The notes under the pieces are model-generated. The model worked only from the letters and a program-made list of their open reading frames with translations. It was not told where the DNA came from and made no database searches. Of a DNA stretch of 64,000 nucleotides, positions 1 to 9,130 are shown piece by piece; position 1 is the stretch's first letter, and every line of letters begins with the position of its first letter. The DNA is from a virus, in the IMG/VR virus record IMGVR_UViG_3300050821_013777, positions 57,544 through 121,543 of that record; one strand, given 5' to 3'. The translations under genes and the position numbers were made by a program.

Positions 1-258
1 GCCGTTCATCAGGACATACCCGACAGTGGGCTTTCCTGGGATGATGTACTTCCTGGTCGATCTCACTCGCGCCTCGATCGCGGCACGCGATAGCGGTCTG
101 CCTTTCTTGACTTCGCTGATCGACCGCCGGGGAATGCTTGCTGCTCTCAGCCGATTACTTACGGTCGTCGGTGAGACTCCAAGTTGATTAGCGACCTGGC
201 GGAGTGTTAATTTCAGATCTAGGTATAGGCGTCTCAGCTCAACGTCGTCCACTGCCAC
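1..258 (-). CDS. HTH-containing protein, probably the N-terminus of an HNH endonuclease (runs off window edge)
   Basis: Hand translation from GTG 258: VAVDDVELRRLYLDLKLTLRQVANQLGVSPTTVSNRLRAASIPRR...GYVLMNG. HTH pattern typical of phage HNH proteins; TACACT lies 7 nt upstream. Confidence 0.55.
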   Translation of the reverse strand, partial: MAVDDVELRRLYLDLKLTLRQVANQLGVSPTTVSNRLRAASIPRRSISEVKKGRPLSRAAIEARVRSTRKYIIPGKPTVGYVLMNG

Positions 259-273
259 AATGTAAAGTGTAGC

Positions 274-486
274 ATGCCAGCGCCCACCTACTTCCTGTCG
301 TTCCTGTGGCGACGCGGTGGGGACGCCGTCTGGCACCCCGTCGATGCAGTGTCGGCCGAGCACCCGCTCGACTACATCAAGCGAGCGCGGCTGCACGCGA
401 ACCCCGACTACGAGTATCGGCTGCTGTTCTTCTGCGAGATCCCCCTGGACGTCTATGAGCGCCACCGGCCGCCTTCGGTCGAATAG
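274..486 (+). CDS. hypothetical protein
   Basis: 70-aa ORF with TAAAGT 5 nt before the ATG (leaderless-type). Confidence 0.55.
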   Translation: MPAPTYFLSFLWRRGGDAVWHPVDAVSAEHPLDYIKRARLHANPDYEYRLLFFCEIPLDVYERHRPPSVE

Positions 487-511
487 GGTCACTCGTGCGA
501 TACTTGCCAGG

Positions 512-853
512 ATGGACCCTGCAGGCACGCCCGACTTCGGCCACCTCGCTCAGTACGGCGCCATCGGCATCGTCGCTGGCGGCCTACTGCTGCTTGTCGT
601 CGGGATCTTCCGTCAGCTGGTAACGCACGTCCTGAAGCAGAACGAACAACGTGATGAGTACCAGCGCGAGCATGGCGCGAAGACCCTCGAATCGCTCCAC
701 GCCATCGGGCAGGGCCTGCGGGACATGCAGAACGAGCTGCGCAACTTTCGCGTCGAAGTGAGCCGCGACGTCGCCGACATGGTTCGTGACGAGGTCACGT
801 CAGCCGGCTCGCGTGGGTACCGCACCGACAAGAAGCCACCCCGCGGCGGATAA
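512..853 (+). CDS. single-TM membrane protein, holin-like
   Basis: MDPAGTPDFGHLAQYGAIGIVAGGLLLLVVGIFRQ, then a coiled coil and basic C-terminus; start reassigned to ATG 512. Confidence 0.5.
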   Translation: MDPAGTPDFGHLAQYGAIGIVAGGLLLLVVGIFRQLVTHVLKQNEQRDEYQREHGAKTLESLHAIGQGLRDMQNELRNFRVEVSRDVADMVRDEVTSAGSRGYRTDKKPPRGG

Positions 854-893
854 AAAAGTGCCCCCCTCGACCATGGACGTAATCGAGGGGGGC
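852..893 (-). terminator. intrinsic terminator, possibly bidirectional
   Basis: 11-bp stem GCCCCCCTCGA (860-870)/TCGAGGGGGGC (883-893) with an A6 run at 852-857, between convergent genes. Confidence 0.6.
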
Positions 894-955
894 TGGAGGA
901 CCCGCCAGCCTGCCGTGTCGAAGGATCAAATACTAGCGCAGCGCCGCTGATGTCG

Positions 956-1438
956 TCAAGCCGCAGCGGCCCGGCCGACTGTCAGCTGGTCGAGCGCGGC
1001 ACTGACCTCTTCGTCCTTGTCCAGAATCGCGCGGTCGATCCAGCCGCGGACGCATTCGAGGCGGTTGCCGGCGAGTCGCTCCCAGACGTAGCAGTTCGAG
1101 AGCGCAGTGCGCGTGTGCTCGTCGTTGAATTTGGCCACATCCTGGATGGCGCGCGTGATCATGTCCTTGATCCGCGGCAAGTCCTTCGGGTCGCAGAGCA
1201 CGCCGAACGGCGTTCGCAGGATACACAGGCGCGTGAGCCGCCGCGCGTAGCCAGTTGCGACGACGTCGGCGCCGCGCCGGTCATCGGAAATCTGGACCTC
1301 GCGAACGACCACGAGCTTGTCCCCGTTCTTGGCCGGCACACGCTTGGTCGACCCCGGCTGGCGGCGCACGTGCCCGGTCTCACCACCCTTGATTCGGATA
1401 GTGCCGGTGACGACGATCAGGGGCCGCAGTTCGACCAT
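956..1438 (-). CDS. hypothetical protein
   Basis: 160-aa ORF with TATCTT 6 nt before the ATG, ending near the terminator. Confidence 0.6.
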   Translation of the reverse strand: MVELRPLIVVTGTIRIKGGETGHVRRQPGSTKRVPAKNGDKLVVVREVQISDDRRGADVVATGYARRLTRLCILRTPFGVLCDPKDLPRIKDMITRAIQDVAKFNDEHTRTALSNCYVWERLAGNRLECVRGWIDRAILDKDEEVSAALDQLTVGRAAAA

Positions 1439-1456
1439 GAGCGGAAGATAGCGTCT

Positions 1457-1493
1457 TGCTAGGCTCCTGGCAAGCTGCTAGGTTCCTGGCATG
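1457..1493 (+). promoter_or_regulatory. tandem TGCTAGG(C/T)TCCTGGCA repeat / leaderless promoter
   Basis: Two copies at 1457-1472 and 1476-1491; TAGGTT lies 6 nt before the ATG; near-identical element at 16743-16760. Confidence 0.55.
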
Positions 1494-2603
1494 GGCGAAA
1501 AGCCGCTGATTCCGTTCGTCGATCTGAAGCCGTACGTCGAGCTGGTGCGCAAGTCGCAGCCGTTCGAGGAGTTCGAGGAAGAGGTCATCTTCAATCTACT
1601 CGACGCTCGCGACTTCATCGGCGGCGGGCCCACCACGACGCGCTTCGAGGAAGCTCTGGCGAAGAAGCTCGACGTCAAGCATGTCATCAGCTGCGCGAAC
1701 GGTACCGATGCGCTCCAGCTCGCGCTCCGCGCCTGCGGCATCGAGCGGGGCCATCGCGTGGCGATCCCGAATCTGACCTTCTGGGCCACGCTTGAAGCCG
1801 TTGTGAACGTCGGGGCCACGCCGGTGCTGCTCGACATCGATCCGGAAGACCTGCAGATGGACCTCAACGAGTTCCTGCGTGCGCACCGTGCTCGCCACTT
1901 CGACGCGATCGTGCTCGCACATCTCTTCGGCTGGTGCTCGTCGAAGCTCTCAGAGTTTCGAGGCATCTGCCGCGACAAGCGCATCACGCTCATCGAGGAT
2001 GGCGCGCAGGCGTTTGGTGTGCGGCACGAGGGTCAGAGCGTGTTCGCGGATGCTGACGTCGCCACGTTGAGCTTCTATCCAGGCAAGGTGCTCGGCGGGA
2101 TCGGTGACGGAGGCGCGGTGGTGACTCGCAGCGAGCGAATCGCCAAGCGGGTAAGGGCGCTCGCAAACCACGGTCGCGTCGACCACTTCGATCACGCCGT
2201 CGTCGGGTGGAATTCACGAATGGACGCGATCCAGGCGGCATGGCTGCTGCGTGCGCTGGAGATGAGCGACAAGGTGATCGACGGGCGAAGAGCTGCGCTG
2301 ACTGAGCTGACCAAAACTGGCGGCGTTGGCTGCGATCTCGGGAACGCCTATCTCGACGTGCGGCAGATCGACAACCCGAAGGTCGTCGCAGCGAAGCTCC
2401 GTGAACTGGGCGTCGAGGCGCGGCACGTCTACCCGCGCACGATCGCAGATCAACAGGGCGCCGCCGGCATCGCGATCCCTGTCGGAACCCTCGCGGCGAG
2501 CCGGCGCTTCTGCGAGCGGGTTATCAACCTGCCATTGTGGTACGGGATGCCCGACGAGGACGTGGAGCGCTGCTCGAACGCGTTCGAGGAGGCGATCCGG
2601 TGA
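1491..2603 (+). CDS. DegT/DnrJ/EryC1/StrS PLP-dependent sugar aminotransferase (WbpE-like)
   Basis: IPFVDL, ANGTDALQLAL, IEDGAQAFG, SFYPGKVLGGIGDGG (PLP lysine), GWNSRMDAIQAA. Confidence 0.92.
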   Translation: MGEKPLIPFVDLKPYVELVRKSQPFEEFEEEVIFNLLDARDFIGGGPTTTRFEEALAKKLDVKHVISCANGTDALQLALRACGIERGHRVAIPNLTFWATLEAVVNVGATPVLLDIDPEDLQMDLNEFLRAHRARHFDAIVLAHLFGWCSSKLSEFRGICRDKRITLIEDGAQAFGVRHEGQSVFADADVATLSFYPGKVLGGIGDGGAVVTRSERIAKRVRALANHGRVDHFDHAVVGWNSRMDAIQAAWLLRALEMSDKVIDGRRAALTELTKTGGVGCDLGNAYLDVRQIDNPKVVAAKLRELGVEARHVYPRTIADQQGAAGIAIPVGTLAASRRFCERVINLPLWYGMPDEDVERCSNAFEEAIR

Positions 2604-3208
2604 CTGATGAAGGACTGCTAAACGCCGTAGGCACGGATCTGACTGGTAAGTCGACTGTGTTTAAGGTCGCCTCGACTGCCATCCTGTACAGCCTTGCCAT
2701 TGGCGACGACACCAAGATCTGGCGCAACGCACATATCTCTCACGGTGCCGTCATTGGTGCCAACTGCATGATCGGCGAGGGCGTCCACGTCGGGCCTGGC
2801 GTCAAGATCGGCAACGGCTGCCGCATTCAGAACGGTGCGCAGCTCTTCGAGGGCGTCACGCTCGAAGAGAACGTCTTCGTCGGCCCACACGTCGTCTTCA
2901 CGAATGTGCTCGTGCCGCGGGCCTTCTCGAAGCGGGCCGGCGCCTTCGGGCAGACGCTCGTCAAGCGAGGCGCTTCGATCGGCGCGAACGCCACGATCCT
3001 GTGCGGCATCGAGATCGGTGAGTTCGCGATGGTCGGCGCCGGGTCGACGGTGACGAGACCCGTGCGACAGCGATCGATTGTCGTCGGAAACCCTGCGCAG
3101 TTTCGCGCCGACGTCTGCGATTGTGGCGGGAAGTTGTTCCATCTTCAGTGCCCCCAGTGCCGCGCCAAGTACAGCTACGATGAGACTGGTCCGGTACGCG
3201 TGAAATGA
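2600..3208 (+). CDS. hexapeptide-repeat sugar N-acetyltransferase (WbpD-like)
   Basis: IGDDTKIW, IGANCMIG, GPHVVFTNVLVPR, GASIGANATILCG, GNPA and a C-terminal CxCG..CPxC; GTG overlaps the upstream stop. Confidence 0.9.
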   Translation: MTDEGLLNAVGTDLTGKSTVFKVASTAILYSLAIGDDTKIWRNAHISHGAVIGANCMIGEGVHVGPGVKIGNGCRIQNGAQLFEGVTLEENVFVGPHVVFTNVLVPRAFSKRAGAFGQTLVKRGASIGANATILCGIEIGEFAMVGAGSTVTRPVRQRSIVVGNPAQFRADVCDCGGKLFHLQCPQCRAKYSYDETGPVRVK

Positions 3209-3738
3209 AGAGGCGTCGGCCGAAGTTTGTGCGGATTCCGCTGCACGGTACCCGTGGGAAGAATTCATACGCGATAATCGACGCAGCTAACTTGCTGCTA
3301 GTTGCGCCGCACCGCTGGTTCCTCTCTAAGAGCCCGACGAGCGACATGTGCTACGCGATCCGTACTGGAATCAAGAAGGGGGGCAAATACACTACCGTGT
3401 ACATGCATGCAGTAGTTCGCCCTGACCTCAAGAAGATCGACCATAGAAACAGAAATGGTCTCGACAACCGGAGGAAGAACCTTCGTCGCGCATCTGAGGG
3501 GCAGAATCAGATGAACCGAGGGTTGCCAAAGAACAACACCAGCGGATTCAAGGGCGTGTCACACGTTAAGCGAAACGGGAAGTGGCGGGCACACATTAGG
3601 CGCAGTGCTCTTTTCTATCTTGGCGACTTCCCCACAGCGCGTGAAGCTGCACTAGCTTATGACGCTGCCGCGCGCAAGCACTGTGGTCGATTCGCTCGAT
3701 TCAATTTTCCTCGTCGTGGCGAACGCTCTGTGCGATGA
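3205..3738 (+). CDS. HNH endonuclease with AP2 DNA-binding domain
   Basis: IDHRNRNGLDNRRKNLR (HNH), NTSGFKGV..KWRAHI..LGDF..EAALAYD (AP2); lower GC than neighbours. Confidence 0.9.
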   Translation: MKRRRPKFVRIPLHGTRGKNSYAIIDAANLLLVAPHRWFLSKSPTSDMCYAIRTGIKKGGKYTTVYMHAVVRPDLKKIDHRNRNGLDNRRKNLRRASEGQNQMNRGLPKNNTSGFKGVSHVKRNGKWRAHIRRSALFYLGDFPTAREAALAYDAAARKHCGRFARFNFPRRGERSVR

Positions 3739-4538
3739 ATCCATTTCTTAGATGGGCAGGCGGTAAACGAAAACTCGTAACCGAGATCGCTCCGTGGCTC
3801 CCTTATGGTGGTCAATATCATGAATGCTTTCTAGGTAGCGGCGCACTCTTCTTTGCTCGTCGACCACTATTTGCTTTCCTGTCCGACTCAAACACACTGC
3901 TCACGAGAACGTTCGTTGCTGTCCGCCACGATGTCGATGCAGTGATCGCCGCACTCAAGATTTACGCAGCGGCTTACGCTGAGCACGGTGCTCCATTCTA
4001 TACCCATGTACGTTCACACCTGAACGAGAACATGGAGGACCCTGAACTGGCTGCCATGTTCATTTTCCTCAACAAAACAAATTTTCAAGGCATCTGGCGC
4101 GTAAACAGCAGTGGCAAGTACAACGTTCCGTCGGGCACGTTCTCGTCACCACCAACGATCTGCGACGAGCCTACGCTGCGTGAGTGCTCGAAGGCGCTCG
4201 CCCCCGCGAGGATCATCAACTGTGATTTTCGTGAAGTCGAACGGCGCGCACAGTCGGGAGACACTGTGTACTGTGACTCGCCGTACGTTCCCGCCTCGGC
4301 GACATCCAATTTCACAGCGTACACGAAAGAGCCATTCGGGCCGGACGCGCAGAAGGCCCTGCGCGACATGGCGCTGCGGCTCAAGACTCGGGGCGTGCAC
4401 GTTGTTTTGTCGAACTCCGACACGCCGATGGTGCGCGAGCTGTACGCTGGCTGGGAGCTGAAAGAGATCAGCCGCAGCGGCACGATCAGCTCGAACGCCG
4501 CGGGCCGGCAGGCGGTACAGGAGCTGCTGATTCGGTGA
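3735..4538 (+). CDS. dam: Dam-family DNA adenine methyltransferase
   Basis: PFLRWAGGK, ECFLGSGA, YNVP, motif IV reads YCDSPY, VVLSNS, ELLI. Confidence 0.85.
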   Translation: MNPFLRWAGGKRKLVTEIAPWLPYGGQYHECFLGSGALFFARRPLFAFLSDSNTLLTRTFVAVRHDVDAVIAALKIYAAAYAEHGAPFYTHVRSHLNENMEDPELAAMFIFLNKTNFQGIWRVNSSGKYNVPSGTFSSPPTICDEPTLRECSKALAPARIINCDFREVERRAQSGDTVYCDSPYVPASATSNFTAYTKEPFGPDAQKALRDMALRLKTRGVHVVLSNSDTPMVRELYAGWELKEISRSGTISSNAAGRQAVQELLIR

Positions 4539-5023
4539 GGAAGAAGCCCAAGCCGCCCCACCCAAAGCGACCGTGCGAGGTCTGCGGTCGACACATTGCC
4601 AACGTGATGAAGGAGAAGCATCGTGCGAGCCAGCTGTGCGGCGCGTACGCGCGAACACAGAAGCTACGCCAAGCCGGCTACATCCGGTGCAAAAGCTCAG
4701 CACGGCCCATCGAGTGTGCCGGCGTTGACGTGGTCCGAGACCTGACGGTGTACACGTCTCCAGGCACAGTTGTTCGCGGGGATCCTCAGTTTCATGTCAT
4801 CAAGGTCCCGTGGGCTCCGTGCTGGGCGGTACTCGTCGCCGAGGCGTGCGGGCGGCTGCCGCACCAGGAGTACAAGCGGAACCAGCTCCGTCGGAAGCTG
4901 CTAATGAGCGCCGCGTACGACGAGCCGTGGCGGCAGACGCTCGAAGCGATCTACAAGCTCGACGGTGATCAGAAGGCCATCGACGACATGGTGCACGCTG
5001 CTGTCAAGGCGTTGCCAAAGTGA
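4535..5023 (+). CDS. hypothetical protein (N-terminal CxxC..H)
   Basis: Coupled ORF with GTGA overlap. Confidence 0.6.
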   Translation: MRKKPKPPHPKRPCEVCGRHIANVMKEKHRASQLCGAYARTQKLRQAGYIRCKSSARPIECAGVDVVRDLTVYTSPGTVVRGDPQFHVIKVPWAPCWAVLVAEACGRLPHQEYKRNQLRRKLLMSAAYDEPWRQTLEAIYKLDGDQKAIDDMVHAAVKALPK

Positions 5024-5388
5024 CTCTGCGTCCTGGCGCCTCGGAAGTCTTTCGAATCATCACGCCGTGCGAGCTGGCCGATGGCAAGAGGCACGTGGTG
5101 TCGCTGCGGCTTAGAGCAGACAACCGAGTCACGTTCGAGGGCACCTGCGACTGGCGAACAGCCCAGGCTGTCGAGAAGCTCGGCGACCTCCTCACGTGCC
5201 GCCGGATGATCGAGGCGCTGAAGGTCAGCATCCGCGGCACAGCACGGGGTCTCGCAATAGAGAGGTGCGGCTCGTGCAACATGCTGGTCATTGCGTTCGG
5301 CGATGGCCGCTGCCCTGACTGTGCTAGGCGCGGCCTGCACGACGTGCCGTTATGGTCGCGCATCCTACGCGACGGGCGCGTTCCCTAA
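5020..5388 (+). CDS. hypothetical protein with zinc-ribbon-like C-terminus
   Basis: Coupled ORF; CGSC...CPDC. Confidence 0.55.
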   Translation: MTLRPGASEVFRIITPCELADGKRHVVSLRLRADNRVTFEGTCDWRTAQAVEKLGDLLTCRRMIEALKVSIRGTARGLAIERCGSCNMLVIAFGDGRCPDCARRGLHDVPLWSRILRDGRVP

Positions 5389-6239
5389 CCGAAGGCTGGG
5401 TGGTTGGTGGGCAGCGTCGACGGGGTCTCGGGCTCCTCCGACTTCGGGGGCGCTGGTTGCGGCAGGTCATCGACGTAACCTTCCGGCCGCGGACCCGCAC
5501 CCCACGGCATCGGCGGCGAGGAGGCTTCGGAGCGGTACTTCGGCGCCGCCAGCCGACGTGAGAGTCGCGAGTCGGGGCGGGCGCGCTTCTTCTCGGCAGC
5601 CACCCTCCCGCGCTCCCCGCCGTGCTCGACGTGAAGGTTGCGGTCGGCGAACACGTCTGTCTCGTTGCCAGCGGCGTCGCGCACGGCCATGTAGCCGCCG
5701 TCGGTCATGGTGAACGGCGCCGTGAGCTTCCCCATCCGATCGAAGGGGGCCTGGCCGTTCGGGTCAAAGTAGCTCGGGAGCACGTAGTTCGAGACCGGAA
5801 TCTGTCGCGTCTCGGTGCCGACCGTCGCATCCTGCAGATAGTGATCGCCCTCCACCGGGTCACAGCTCTCGAAGGCGACTTCGCGACCGTCGGGCATTGG
5901 CTTCCACACGGAGCAGTCCGGGTCGAGGCTCTCCTCACAGCACTCGTGCGGTCCCGACTCGGCATTGTTCTCCGCCAGGACGCGCGCGAAGATGAGCCCC
6001 AGCTCGTCGGTGTGGTAGCCGAGCGCATCTGCCACGTCGATCACGTCCTGAACGGTCATGACCCGGATCTCGCCGTTCGCGACTTCGTCATCCGGGATCG
6101 TGTCGTAGAGGACCACTGGCACGTAGGGGATGTCGTATGCCTTGCAGAACTCCTCGGACTGGCGATCCCACGCCTCGACGAGAAACGCCTGCGTGACGGG
6201 GTCGATGGTGGTGGTCTGGAAGACGACGCCGATCTGCAT
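5385..6239 (-). CDS. putative zinc metallopeptidase-like protein
   Basis: From MQIGVVF: ALGYH, HECCE..DP (HExxE), ESCDPVE, VSNYVLPSYF. Confidence 0.55.
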   Translation of the reverse strand: MQIGVVFQTTTIDPVTQAFLVEAWDRQSEEFCKAYDIPYVPVVLYDTIPDDEVANGEIRVMTVQDVIDVADALGYHTDELGLIFARVLAENNAESGPHECCEESLDPDCSVWKPMPDGREVAFESCDPVEGDHYLQDATVGTETRQIPVSNYVLPSYFDPNGQAPFDRMGKLTAPFTMTDGGYMAVRDAAGNETDVFADRNLHVEHGGERGRVAAEKKRARPDSRLSRRLAAPKYRSEASSPPMPWGAGPRPEGYVDDLPQPAPPKSEEPETPSTLPTNHPAFG

Positions 6240-6412
6240 CACTGCGCGCCCCCATCGTGTGGTTTCTTGCTGTCGGTCGGCGGCGGGTAGCACCCCTGCC
6301 CGTTTGGGTCCTGCGAGCAGCTCGGGCCAGGCGGTGTGCTGGTCGTGGCGTAGCAGCCGCACAGCGCGCTCAGGAGTAGCACCGCGCCGATGATGTTCGA
6401 GAGCGTGCGCAT
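6239..6412 (-). CDS. small Pro-rich lipoprotein-like protein (57 aa, absent from ORF track)
   Basis: MRTLSNIIGAVLLLSALCGCYATTSTPPGPSCSQDPNGQGCYPPPTDSKKPHDGGAQ; TGATG coupling to the next gene. Confidence 0.5.
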   Translation of the reverse strand: MRTLSNIIGAVLLLSALCGCYATTSTPPGPSCSQDPNGQGCYPPPTDSKKPHDGGAQ

Positions 6413-6418
6413 CACGCT

Positions 6419-6763
6419 CTAGTTCGCCGCGTGGGCCGTCAAGTATGCGTTGCCGTGCGCCAGCTCGGAGGCGACCAGCGGATCGACCTGGCTGGCGGAT
6501 GGAGCGGCGTCGACTTTCTTCTGCAGCTCTGAGACGGCGAGCTGCACGGCGCAGATTACCTCTGCAGCGCTGTACTTGGCCGCCAGAAGCGCCAGCTGCG
6601 CTTCGTAGTCGCCGGTCGCGAGGGCGGTCGTCACGGCGCCAAGGATGCTCGTGGCGGCGGCCTGACCGGCAGCGGACGAGCAGTTGTCGAAGGTGGCGAC
6701 GGGACCGGTGCCGGACGTGGCGCACGCGGCGAAGAAGCAGAGGATGATGCCGTTGAGCTTCAT
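6419..6763 (-). CDS. lipoprotein
   Basis: MKLNGIILCFFAAC lipobox followed by a helical Ala-rich body. Confidence 0.6.
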   Translation of the reverse strand: MKLNGIILCFFAACATSGTGPVATFDNCSSAAGQAAATSILGAVTTALATGDYEAQLALLAAKYSAAEVICAVQLAVSELQKKVDAAPSASQVDPLVASELAHGNAYLTAHAAN

Positions 6764-6803
6764 GGAGAGAATCTTGGCACGATCATGGTGCGAAGATCAA
6801 ATG

Positions 6804-7550
6804 TCACGACGCGAACGTGAACGACGGATAGACCAAGTCGCTGATAAATTCCTGCCCGATAGCGGTTGGATGAATGCCCGCCGGTAACGCCGATTGGGTC
6901 ATGAGACCGGAAACCACGCCAGGCATGGGCAAGTTGTTCAACGATTCCCACGTCAGTAGTGGGGTGTTTATGTCGATGTACGGTACTCCCGCCGCGCTGC
7001 ACGCGGCCTGGATCAGCACGTTGAACTGGACGCATTGAATTGCGCTCGCCGCGCTCCAGGCTAGCGGTGGACTCGTCCACTGCTCACCGAAGGTGAAAAT
7101 CGACAAGCAGATGACAGGGACAGCAGGATTCCATGCCTGTATTTGTGCCAGCAACGATGCGTACGATGCGCTGAACGAACTCGGGCTGGTAACGCCGATG
7201 TCGTTCACTCCGATCAAAATGACGATCACCTGCGGGTTGTAGTTTGTGATGCGCGGTGCGACCTGGCTCGCCAGGTCGGCAACCTTGTCGCCGAAGTGCC
7301 CGCTGTTGATGGCGTAGATTTGTCCGCCGCCAGAGCTGGGCGCGACGGAGCTGAAGTTTGTGCCGACAACAGATGCCGCCCGCCCAGATACGCTGCCGGA
7401 CCTAGCGCCGACGACAGGCGGTGACAATTGATCGACGAGGAGATCAGTCCCGCCGACCTGCGACTGTGCTGAACTGAACCAGCCTTGTTGCGTGATCGAG
7501 TCTCCTGCGAATACGACAGGAGTTCCGGTTGTGACAGGGATCGCCGTCAT
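6804..7550 (-). CDS. SGNH/GDSL hydrolase (esterase)
   Basis: FAGDSIT (block I), NSGHFG (II), LIGVND (III), GIHP (V; the usual Asp before it is absent). Confidence 0.82.
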   Translation of the reverse strand: MTAIPVTTGTPVVFAGDSITQQGWFSSAQSQVGGTDLLVDQLSPPVVGARSGSVSGRAASVVGTNFSSVAPSSGGGQIYAINSGHFGDKVADLASQVAPRITNYNPQVIVILIGVNDIGVTSPSSFSASYASLLAQIQAWNPAVPVICLSIFTFGEQWTSPPLAWSAASAIQCVQFNVLIQAACSAAGVPYIDINTPLLTWESLNNLPMPGVVSGLMTQSALPAGIHPTAIGQEFISDLVYPSFTFAS

Positions 7551-7561
7551 GGCTGCCTAAA

Positions 7562-9097
7562 TCAGCTGAGCGCGGCGGTGGCCTTCCAGGCGCCACCATC
7601 GAACACCCAAATCTTGTGCGCGCTGGTGTCGTAGACCCATGCGACCTTTCCGGTCGAGACGCCGGTGGGAACCCCTGTTGGGGTACCGGCGCAAGTCGGC
7701 ATGTCGAGGAAGCCGAGCGTTGCGGTCGTCGCTAGCGCCCCGGCCGCGCCGACCTGGACGTCGCCACCTGTGGTCTGCCCCGAAAGAATTATATTTCCGT
7801 TCGACGGGCCACCTTGTTGAATGCCGACGCCGTTGGCCCAAGCGATCACACCGCCGGTAATGAGGTTGAAGATACCGCTCGTGCTCCACTTGAGCACGCC
7901 GGTTCCAGCGTCGATCAGCCGGTGGTCGTTGGTTCCCTGGTGATACATGCCGGACGTCGGATCTCCGGCGAAGTTGACGGAGGGTACGGCCGTCGAACCG
8001 TTGGGAACTGTGAGGCCGGCCGCCTTGAGCACGTACGCGGAGATCTGCGCACCCGCGGACAGCAGCTTGATCAACCACTGCGAAACTTCGGATCCCGGCG
8101 TGTTCGTCGACAGCGACGCGATTAGCTCCAACGCCGTCACCAACGTCGCGCTGGCGTTCGGCAGCTTGAGGACGGTATCCGATCCGAACGACGGTGGACC
8201 AACCTGCAGGAACGTCAGCGGCGTCGTTCCGACAGTGATCGCGCCGGTGGTCGTGAACATCCACTCAGACCCCGCGAAGAGCGTGCCTGAATAAACGGGA
8301 ACCACAGCAGCGAGCGTCATCTGTCCGGCCGTCGCGAAGTCGGTTGTACGTGTCCACGCCCCGCCCGTGTTCGCGGCGTAGATACCGTTTTGAGTCGGAT
8401 CGGTCTGCGCTGCGGCGAGAACGCGCATGCCGTTCGTGGCAGTCACGCCGTCGATGGTGGCAGCCCCCGTCAGTGTGAGGTTGGACGTGGCGACGACAGC
8501 CGCACCGGCGAGCACGTTGGCTGTGCTGCCCTGAAACCCCTGCGCCCCTTGGGTTCCTGTACCTCCCTGAAACCCCTGTGCTCCCGTCGCACCCTGCGCA
8601 CCCTGTGCCCCCGATCCGGTCGCACCTTGGAACCCCTGCGCGCCGGTGGCGCCGGTTGCACCCTGAGCCCCTTGTGCTCCACCGCCGCCACTTGAGCCAC
8701 CTGCGCCGACGATGACATCGATGATGACCGTCCCGCGTGCGACGTAGTTCGAGACGTCGGCGATCACGCCGACGATCGCCACGTTCGCCGGCTGTACGTT
8801 CGTACCGGCTCCTGCAACGTTAGGCGACACGTACACAGTCTGGTTGACCGACAGTGTCAGTCCGCTCTCCATCTGCACGGAGGTTCGACCAACTGACGAT
8901 ACCGTGACCAGCCCTCCCGGCGCTGAAGAGCCGGACAGCACGATGCCATTCAAACCTTGAATGTTCGGGGCTGAATCGGCCTTTGCGCGCACGACGTTGT
9001 TGTTCACACCCGCTTTCAGGCGCGTGATCATGCCGGCGACCAGCGGAACGGAATCTCCGTTGTACGTGGGAGACAGTGTGACGAAATCGGTCGACAT
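7562..9097 (-). CDS. collagen-like fibre/spike protein
   Basis: N-terminal domain shared with the 9131 gene, short GAQ/GAT/GFQ run, tail-fibre-like segment (IDGVT..GMRVL..Q..P.QNGIY...W.R..D); GGAG RBS. Confidence 0.8.
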   Translation of the reverse strand: MSTDFVTLSPTYNGDSVPLVAGMITRLKAGVNNNVVRAKADSAPNIQGLNGIVLSGSSAPGGLVTVSSVGRTSVQMESGLTLSVNQTVYVSPNVAGAGTNVQPANVAIVGVIADVSNYVARGTVIIDVIVGAGGSSGGGGAQGAQGATGATGAQGFQGATGSGAQGAQGATGAQGFQGGTGTQGAQGFQGSTANVLAGAAVVATSNLTLTGAATIDGVTATNGMRVLAAAQTDPTQNGIYAANTGGAWTRTTDFATAGQMTLAAVVPVYSGTLFAGSEWMFTTTGAITVGTTPLTFLQVGPPSFGSDTVLKLPNASATLVTALELIASLSTNTPGSEVSQWLIKLLSAGAQISAYVLKAAGLTVPNGSTAVPSVNFAGDPTSGMYHQGTNDHRLIDAGTGVLKWSTSGIFNLITGGVIAWANGVGIQQGGPSNGNIILSGQTTGGDVQVGAAGALATTATLGFLDMPTCAGTPTGVPTGVSTGKVAWVYDTSAHKIWVFDGGAWKATAALS

Positions 9098-9130
9098 GGG
9101 ACTCCTTTAGATGGTCGGTGACTGCACGGG

